DNA from: Auanema rhodensis | Taxonomy: Eukaryota > Animalia > Nematoda | NCBI GenBank assembly: GCA_964057225.1 | Contig: OZ059899.1 | Span: 21,204,001 to 21,268,000, forward strand | Length of the DNA: 64,000 bases | Direction: 5' to 3' | In this document: positions 54,701 to 64,000 of the stretch, piece after piece | How the letters are laid out: the number at the start of each line of letters is the position of its first letter | Numbering within the stretch: the stretch's first letter is position 1 | Notes under the pieces: generated by a model | The model's input: only the letters and a program-made list of their open reading frames with translations | The model's database searches: none | What the model was told of the DNA's origin: nothing | Made by a program: the position numbers and the translations under genes

Positions 54701-57700
54701 TAAAAACATCTACTTTTTGCTAAATTATTTTGAAATGTTTTGAAAAAATTTTTGTCAAAATGTTTTTGGAAGCAATGTTGAGTGTACATGGAAACTCAAC
54801 ATACACTAATGCATCATTTTTCAAACGATCATAACTAATTTTTGTATTAAGCGTTTCTCAATGTAGTATAGTGCATTCGATGCGGATTTTTAAGCTGCGT
54901 CGATCTGTGTTATCAGATTTGCGCTAGCTTAAAAATGCACCGAGATATCAACTGATATAAGTTCACACTTATATCCTCGATTTTCACCCTGAAGAATTAA
55001 TTTTTTCGTTGAATAACATTGTCCATCGTCTTTGCCTTGAAAAAAGGAATCTAAAAACATCTACTTTTTGCTAAATTATTCTGAAATTTTTTGAAAAAAT
55101 TTTTGTCAAAATGTTTTTGGAAGCAATGTTGAGTGTACATGAAAACTCAACATACACTAATGCATCATTTTTCAAACGATCATAACTAATTTTTGTATTA
55201 AGCGTTTCTCAATGTAGTATAGTGCATTCGATGCGGATTTTTAAGCTGCGTCGATCTGTGTTATCATATTTGCGCTAGCTTAAAAATGCACCGAGATATC
55301 AACTGATATAAGTTCACACTTATATCCTCAATTTTCACCCTGAAGAATTAATTTTTTCGTTGAATAACATTGTCCATCGTCTTTGCCTTGAAAAAAGGAA
55401 TCTAAAAACATCTACTTTTTGCTAAATTATTTTGAAATTTTTCGAAAAAATTTTTGTCAAAATGTTTTTGGAAGCAATGTTGAGTGTACATGGAAACTCA
55501 ACATACACTAAGGCATCATTTTTCAAACGATCATAACTAATTTTTGTATTAAGCGTTTCTCAATGTAGTATAGTACATTCGATGCGGATTTTCAAGCTGC
55601 GTCGATCTGTGTTATCAGATTTGCGCTAGCTTAAAAATGCACCGAGATATCAACTGATATAAGTTCACACTTATATCCTCGATTTTCACCCTGAAGAATT
55701 AATTTTTTCGTTGAATAACATTGTCCATCGTCTTTGCCTTGAAAAAAGGAATCTAAAAACATCTAATTTTTGCTAAATTATTTTGAAATTTTTCGAAAAA
55801 ATTTTTGTCAAAATGTTTTTGGAAGCAATGTTGAGTGTACATGGAAAAGCAACATACACTAATGCATCATTTTTCAAACGATCATAACTAATTTTTGTAT
55901 TAAGCGTTTCTCAATGTAGTATAGTGCATTCGATGCGGATTTTTAAGCTGCGTCGATCTGTGTTATCAGATTTGCGCTAGCTTAAAAATGCACCGAGATA
56001 TCAACTGATATAAGTTCACACTTATATCCTCGATTTTCACCCTGAAGAATTAATTTTTTCGTTGAATAACATTGTCCATCGTCTTTGCCTTGAAAAAAGG
56101 AATCTAAAAACATCTACTTTTTGCTAAATTATTCTGAAATTTTTCGAAAAAATTTTTGTCAAAATGTTTTTGGAAGCAATGTTGAGTGTACATGAAAACT
56201 CAACATACACTAATGCATCATTTTTCAAACGATCATAACTAATTTTTGTATTAAGCGTTTCTCAATGTAGTATAGTGCATTCGATGCGGATTTTTAAGCT
56301 GCGTCGATCTGTGTTATCATATTTGCGCTAGCTTAAAAATGCACCGAGATATCAACTGATATAAGTTCACACTTATATCCTCAATTTTCACCCTGAAGAA
56401 TTAATTTTTTCGTTGAATAACATTGTCCATCGTCTTTGCCTTGAAAAAAGGAATCTAAAAACATCTACTTTTTGCTAAATTATTTTGAAATTTTTCGAAA
56501 AAATTTTTGTCAAAATGTTTTTGGAAGCAATGTTGAGTGTACATGGAAACTCAACATACACTAAGGCATCATTTTTCAAACGATCATAACTAATTTTTGT
56601 ATTAAGCGTTTCTCAATGTAGTATAGTACATTCGATGCGGATTTTCAAGCTGCGTCGATCTGTGTTATCAGATTTGCGCTAGCTTAAAAATGCACCGAGA
56701 TATCAACTGATATAAGTTCACACTTATATCCTCGATTTTCACCCTGAAGAATTAATTTTTTCGTTGAATAACATTGTCCATCGTCTTTGCCTTGAAAAAA
56801 GGAATCTAAAAACATCTACTTTTTGCTAAATTATTTTGAAATTTTTCGAAAAAATTTTTGTCAAAATGTTTTTGGAAGCAATGTTGAGTGTACATGGAAA
56901 CGCAACATACACTAATACATCATTTTTCAAACGATCATAACTAATTTTTGTATTAAGCGTTTCTCAATGTAGTATAGTGCATTCGATGCGGATTTTTAAG
57001 CTGCGTCGATCTGTGTTATCAGATTTGCGCTAGCTTAAAAATGCACCGAGATATCAACTGATATAAGTTCACACTTATATCCTCGATTTTCACCCTGAAG
57101 AATTAATTTTTTCGTTGAATAACATTGTCCATCGTCTTTGCCTTGAAAAAAGGAATCTAAAAACATCTACTTTTCGCTAAATTATTTTGAAATTTTTTGA
57201 AAAAATTTTTGTCAAAATGTTTTTGGAAGCAATGTTGAGTGTACATGGAAACTCAACATACACTAATGCATCATTTTTCAAACGATCATAACTAATTTTT
57301 GTATTAAGCGTTTCTCAATGTAGTATAGTGCATTCGATGCGAATTTTTAAGCTGCGTCGATCTGTGTTATCATATTTGCGCTAGCTTAAAAATGCACCGA
57401 GATATCAACTGATATAAGTTCACACTTATATCCTCAATTTTCACCCTGAAGAATTAATTTTTTCGTTGAATAACATTGTCCATCGTCTTTGCCTTAAAAA
57501 AAGGAATCTAAAAACATCTACTTTTTGCTAAATTATTTTGAAATTTTTCGAAAAAATTTTTGTCAAAATGTTTTTGGAAGCAATGCTGAGTGTACATGGA
57601 AACTCAACGTACACTAATGCATCATTTTTCAAACGATCATAATTAATTTTTGTATTAAGCGTTTCTCAATGTAGTATAGTGCATTCGATGCGGATTTTTA

Positions 57701-60700
57701 AGCTGCGTCGATCTGTGTTATCAGATTTGCGCTAGCTTAAAAATGCACCGAGATATCAACTGATATAAGTTCACACTTATATCCTCGATTTTCACCCTGA
57801 AGAATTAATTTTTTCGTTGAATAACATTGTCCATCGTCTTTGCCTTAAAAAAAGGAATCTAAAAACATCTACTTTTTGCTAAATTATTCTGAAATTTTTT
57901 GAAAAAATTTTTGTCAAAATGTTTTTGGAAGCAATGTTGAGTGTACATGAAAACTCAACATACACTAATGCATCATTTTTCAAACGATCATAACTAATTT
58001 TTGTATTAAGCGTTTCTCAATGTAGTATAGTGCATTCGATGCGGATTTTTAAGCTGCGTCGATCTGTGTTATCATATTTGCGCTAGCTTAAAAATGCAAC
58101 GAGATATCAACTGATATAAGTTCACACTTATATCCTCAATTTTCACCCTGAAGAATTAATTTTTTCGTTGAATAACATTGTCCATCGTCTTTGCCTTGAA
58201 AAAAGGAATCTAAAAACATCTACTTTTTGCTAAATTATTTTGAAATTTTTCGAAAAAATTTTTGTCAAAATGTTTTTGGAAGCAATGTTGAGTGTACATG
58301 GAAACTCAACGTACACTAATGCATCATTTTTCAAACGATCATAACTAATTTTTGTATTAAGCGTTTCTCAATGTAGTATAGTGCATTCGATGCGGATTTT
58401 TAAGCTGCGTCGATCTGTGTTATCATATTTGCGCTAGCTTAAAAATGCACCGAGATATCAACTGATATAAGTTCACACTTATATCCTCAATTTTCACCCT
58501 GAAGAATTAATTTTTTCGTTGAATAACATTGTTCATCGTCTTTGCCTTGAAAAAAGGAATCTAAAAACATCTACTTTTTGCTAACTTATTTTGAAATTTT
58601 TCGAAAAAATTTTTGTCAAAATGTTTTTGGAAGCAATGTTGAGTGTACATGGAAACGCAACATACACTAATGCATCATTTTTCAAACGATCATAACTAAT
58701 TTTTGTATTAAGCGTTTCTCAATGTAGTATAGTGCATTCGATGCGGATTTTTAAGCTGCGTCGATCTGTGTTATCAGATTTGCGCTAGCTTAAAAATGCA
58801 CCGAGATATCAACTGATATAAGTTCACACTTATATCCTCGATTTTCACCCTGAAGAATTAATTTTTTCGTTGAATAACATTGTCCATCGTCTTTGCCTTG
58901 AAAAAAGGAATCTAAAAACATCTACTTTTCGCTAAATTATTTTGAAATTTTTTGAAAAAATTTTTGTCAAAATGTTTTTGGAAGCAATGTTGAGTGTACA
59001 TGGAAACTCAACATACACTAATGCATCATTTTTCAAACGATCATAACTAATTTTTGTATTAAGCGTTTTCCAATGTAGTATAGTGCATTCGATGCGGATT
59101 TTTAAGCTGCGTCGATCTGTGTTATCATATTTGCGCTAGCTTAAAAATGCACCGAGATATCAACTGATATAAGTTCACACTTATATCCTCGATTTTCACC
59201 CTGAAGAATTAATTTTTTCGTTGAATAACATTGTCCATCGTCTTTGCCTTGAAAAAAGGAATCTAAAAACATCTACTTTTTGCTAACTTATTTTGAAATT
59301 TTTCGAAAAAATTTTTGTCAAAATGTTTTTGGAAGCAATGTTGAGTGTACATGGAAACGCAACATACACTAAGGCATCATTTTTCAAACGATCATAACTA
59401 ATTTTTGTATTAAGCGTTTCTCAATGTAGTATAGTGCATTCGATGCGGATTTTTAAGCTGCGTCGATCTGTGTTATCATATTTGCGCTAGCTTAAAAATG
59501 CACCGAGATATCAACTGATATAAGTTCACACTTATATCCTCAATTTTCACCCTGAAGAATTAATTTTTTCGTTGAATAACATTGTCCATCGTCTTTGCCT
59601 TGAAAAAAGGAATCTAAAAACATCTACTTTTCGCTAAATTATTTTGAAATTTTTCGAAAAAATTTTTGTCAAAATGTTTTTGGAAGCAATGTTGAGTGTA
59701 CATGGAAACTCAACATACACTAAGGCATCATTTTTCAAACGATCATAACTAATTTTTGTATTAAGCGTTTCTTAATGTAGTATAGTACATTCGATGCGGA
59801 TTTTCAAGCTGCGTCGATCTGTGTTATCAGTATTGCGCTAGCTTAAAAATGCACCGAGATATCAACTGATATAAGTTCACACTTATATCCTCGATTTTCA
59901 CCCTGAAGAATTAATTTTTTCGTTGAATAACATTGTTCATCGTCTTTGCCTTGAAAAAAGGAATCTAAAAACATCTACTTTTTGCTAAATTATTTTGAAA
60001 TTTTTCGAAAAAATTTTTGTCAAAATGTTTTTGGAAGCAATGTTGAGTGTACATGGAAACTCAACATACACTAATGCATCATTTTTCAAACGATCATAAC
60101 TAATTTTTGTATTAAGCGTTTCTCAATGTAGTATAGTGCATTCGATGCGGATTTTTAAGCTGCGTCGATCTGTGTTATCAGATTTGCGCTAGCTTAAAAA
60201 TGCACCGAGATATCAACTGATATAAGTTCACACTTATATCCTCGATTTTCACCCTGAAGAATTAATTTTTTCGTTGAATAACATTGTCCATCGTCTTTGC
60301 CTTGAAAAAAGGAATCTAAAAACATCTACTTTTCGCTAAATTATTTTGAAATTTTTTGAAAAAATTTTTGTCAAAATGTTTTTGGAAGCAATGTTGAGTG
60401 TACATGGAAACTCAACATACACTAATGCATCATTTTTCAAACGATCATAACTAATTTTTGTATTAAGCGTTTCTCAATGTAGTATAGTGCATTCGATGCG
60501 GATTTTTAAGCTGCGTCGATCTGTGTTATCATATTTGCGCTAGCTTAAAAATGCACCGAGATATCAACTGATATAAGTTCACACTTATATCCTCAATTTT
60601 CACCCTGAAGAATTAATTTTTTCGTTGAATAACATTGTCCATCGTCTTTGCCTTGAAAAAAGGAATCTAAAAACATCTACTTTTTGCTAAATTATTTTGA

Positions 60701-63700
60701 AATGTTTTGAAAAAATTTTTGTCAAAATGTTTTTGGAAGCAATGTTGAGTGTACATGGAAACTCAACATACACTAATGCATCATTTTTCAAACGATCATA
60801 ACTAATTTTTGTATTAAGCGTTTCTCAATGTAGTATAGTGCATTCGATGCGGATTTTTAAGCTGCGTCGATCTGTGTTATCAGATTTGCGCTAGCTTAAA
60901 AATGCACCGAGATATCAACTGATATAAGTTCACACTTATATCCTCAATTTTCACCCTGAAGAATTAATTTTTTCGTTGAATAACATTGTCCATCGTCTTT
61001 GCCTTGAAAAAAGGAATCTAAAAACATCTACTTTTTGCTAAATTATTTTGAAATTTTTCGAAAAAATTTTTGTCAAAATGTTTTTGGAAGCAATGTTGAG
61101 TGTACATGGAAACGCAACATACACTAAGGCATCATTTTTCAAACGATCATAACTAATTTTTGTATTAAGCGTTTCTCAATGTAGTATAGTGCATTCGATG
61201 CGGATTTTTAAGCTGCGTCGATCTGTGTTATCATATTTGCGCTAGCTTAAAAATGCACCGAGATATCAACTGATATAAGTTCACACTTATATCCTCAATT
61301 TTCACCCTGAAGAATTAATTTTTTCGTTGAATAACATTGTCCATCGTCTTTGCCTTGAAAAAAGGAATCTAAAAACATCTACTTTTTGCTAAATTATTTT
61401 GAAATGTTTTGAAAAAATTTTTGTCAAAATGTTTTTGGAAGCAATGTTGAGTGTACATGGAAACTCAACATACACTAATGCATCATTTTTCAAACGATCA
61501 TAACTAATTTTTGTATTAAGCGTTTCTCAATGTAGTATAGTGCATTCGATGCGGATTTTTAAGCTGCGTCGATCTGTGTTATCAGATTTGCGCTAGCTTA
61601 AAAATGCACCGAGATATCAACTGATATAAGTTCACACTTATATCCTCAATTTTCACCCTGAAGAATTAATTTTTTCGTTGAATAACATTGTCCATCGTCT
61701 TTGCCTTGAAAAAAGGAATCTAAAAACATCTACTTTTTGCTAAATTATTTTGAAATTTTTCGAAAAAATTTTTGTCAAAATGTTTTTGGAAGCAATGTTG
61801 AGTGTACATGGAAACTCAACGTACACTAATGCATCATTTTTCAAACGATCATAACTAATTTTTGTATTAAGCGTTTCTCAATGTAGTATAGTGCATTCGA
61901 TGCGGATTTTTAAGCTGCGTCGATCTGTGTTATCAGATTTGCGCTAGCTTAAAAATGCACCGAGATATCAACTGATATAAGTTCACACTTATATCCTCGA
62001 TTTTCACCCTGAAGAATTAATTTTTTCGTTGAATAACATTGTATATCGTCTTTGCCTTGAAAAAAGGAATCTAAAAACATCTACTTTTTGCTAAATTATT
62101 TTGAAATTTTTCGAAAAAATTTTTGTCAAAATGTTTTTGGAAGCAATGTTGAGTGTACATGGAAACGCAACATACACTAAGGCATCATTTTTCAAACGAT
62201 CATAACTAATTTTTGTATTAAGCGTTTCTCAATGTAGTATAGTGCATTCGATGCGGATTTTTAAGCTGCGTCGATCTGTGTTATCAGATTTGCGCTAGCT
62301 TAAAAATGCACCGAGATATCAACTGATATAAGTTCACACTTATATCCTCGATTTTCACCCTGAAGAATTAATTTTTTCGTTGAATAACATTGTCCATCGT
62401 CTTTGCCTTGAAAAAAGGAATCTAAAAACATCTACTTTTTGCTAAATTATTTTGAAATTTTTTGAAAAAATTTTTGTCAAAATGTTTTTGGAAGCAATGT
62501 TGAGTGTACATGGAAACTCAACATACACTAATGCATCATTTTTCAAACGATCATAACTAATTTTTGTATTAAGCGTTTCTCAATGTAGTATAGTGCATTC
62601 GATGCGGATTTTTAAGCTGCGTCGATCTGTGTTATCATATTTGCGCTAGCTTAAAAATGCACCGAGATATCAACTGATATATGTTCACACTTATATCCTC
62701 AATTTTCACCCTGAAGAATTAATTTTTTCGTTGAATAACATTGTCCATCGTCTTTGCCTTGAAAAAAGGAATCTAAAAACATCTACTTTTTGCTAAATTA
62801 TTTTGAAATTTTTCGAAAAAATTTTTGTCAAAATGTTTTTGGAAGCAATGTTGAGTGTACATGGAAACTCAACGTACACTAATGCATCATTTTTCAAACG
62901 ATCATAACTAATTTTTGTATTAAGCGTTTCTCAATGTAGTATAGTGCATTCGATGCGGATTTTTAAGCTGCGTCGATCTGTGTTATCAGATTTGCGCTAG
63001 CTTAAAAATGCACCGAGATATCAACTGATATAAGTTCACACTTATATCCTCGATTTTCACCCTGAAGAATTAATTTTTTCGTTGAATAACATTGTCCATC
63101 GTCTTTGCCTTGAAAAAAGGAATCTAAAAACATCTACTTTTTGCTAAATTATTTTGAAATGTTTTGAAAAAATTTTTGTCAAAATGTTTTTGGAAGCAAT
63201 GTTGAGTGTACATGGAAACTCAACATACACTAATGCATCATTTTTCAAACGATCATAACTAATTTTTGTATTAAGCGTTTCTCAATGTAGTATAGTGCAT
63301 TCGATGCGGATTTTTAAGCTGCGTCGATCTGTGTTATCAGATTTGCGCTAGCTTAAAAATGCACCGAGATATCAACTGATATAAGTTCACACTTATATCC
63401 TCAATTTTCACCCTGAAGAATTAATTTTTTCGTTGAATAACATTGTCCATCGTCTTTGCCTTGAAAAAAGAAATCTAAAAACATCTACTTTTTGCTAAAT
63501 TATTTTGAAATTTTTCGAAAAAATTTTTGTCAAAATGTTTTTGGAAGCAATGTTGAGTGTACATGGAAACTCAACGTACACTAATGCATCATTTTTCAAA
63601 CGATCATAACTAATTTTTGTATTAAGCGTTTCTCAATGTAGTATAGTGCATTCGATGCGGATTTTTAAGCTGCGTCGATCTGTGTTATCAGATTTGCGCT

Positions 63701-64000
63701 AGCTTAAAAATGCACCGAGATATCAACTGATATAAGTTCACACTTATATCCTCGATTTTCACCCTGAAGAATTAATTTTTTCGTTGAATAACATTGTCCA
63801 TCGTCTTTGCCTTGAAAAAAGGAATCTAAAAACATCTACTTTTTGCTAAATTATTTTGAAATTTTTTGAAAAAATTTTTGTCAAAATGTTTTTGGAAGCA
63901 ATGTTGAGTGTACATGGAAACTCAACATACACTAATGCATCATTTTTCAAACGATCATAACTAATTTTTGTATTAAGCGTTTCTCAATGTAGTATAGTGC
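27757..64000. repeat. Subfamily domain C (monomers 80-183), length-invariant 351 bp
   Basis: Nearly fixed ctcaatgtag and actgatataag; segregating actaaggc, aaacgcaac, tcatattt, cctcaatt, gtacattc, cagtattg and catgaaaa. No indels from 26353 to the window end. Confidence 0.85.
44262..64000. repeat. Large direct duplication at a 39-monomer (13,689-bp) offset: ~44262-50311 matches ~57951-64000
   Basis: At least 10 rare variants recur at +13689, e.g. 44410/58099, 44892/58581, 45372/59061, 46082/59771, 48352/62041, 48992/62681, 49472/63161. Confidence 0.92.

Larger units (their letters stand above)
1..64000. repeat. Tandem satellite DNA array, ~351-bp monomer, 182 full copies + 91-bp partial, head-to-tail, open at both window ends
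   Basis: Motif gtacatggaaactcaac recurs at 1, 352, 703, 1055, 1406 ... 26353, then strictly every 351 bp (e.g. 29161, 36181, 43201, 50221, 57241, 63910). Monomers differ only at a few recurrent sites. Monomer 1 is 109/351 G+C (31%). Confidence 0.99.

Noticed and set aside
1-64000. Giant repeat-protein ORF (351 bp = 117 codons)
   Set aside because: All three forward frames stop within the first 55 bp of the monomer, and tca/cta triplets (e.g. positions 13, 23, 75) close all three reverse frames; the 352- and 355-bp monomers would also shift frame.
1-64000. CRISPR array or integron/attC cassette array
   Set aside because: There are no unique spacers or cassettes: the whole unit repeats, and no cas or integrase genes are present.
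1-64000. Hidden TE insertion, inversion or unique island in the array
   Set aside because: Monomer start positions account for every base (19 x +1 bp, 2 x +4 bp, otherwise 351-bp steps), and all copies share one orientation.
1-64000. Technical concatemer (rolling-circle or sequencing artefact of a single unit)
   Set aside because: Variants form linked haplotypes, spatial domains and nested duplications, and homopolymer lengths are stable, which does not fit random read error.

Overview
The whole 64-kb window is one uninterrupted, head-to-tail, single-orientation tandem array of an AT-rich (~31% GC) satellite monomer. It holds 182 complete monomers plus a 91-bp partial copy (63910-64000): 161 of 351 bp, 19 of 352 bp and 2 of 355 bp. 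I see no genes (all six frames hit stops in each monomer), RNA genes, CRISPR spacers, TE insertions or inversions. It most resembles eukaryotic (peri)centromeric or heterochromatic satellite DNA, but I cannot assign a family or species. The informative structure lies in three places. (i) The monomer is built from four dyad/hairpin elements, including a complex variant that creates a perfect 30-bp palindrome and a G:C/A:T swap that preserves a 9-bp stem. (ii) Subfamily domains are spatially segregated and separated by a mutation-rich seam at about 24.6-27.8 kb. (iii) Nested duplications run from single monomers up to a 39-monomer (13,689-bp) offset. I found no evidence of a novel protein-coding system; all variant tallies were read by eye and should be confirmed by alignment.
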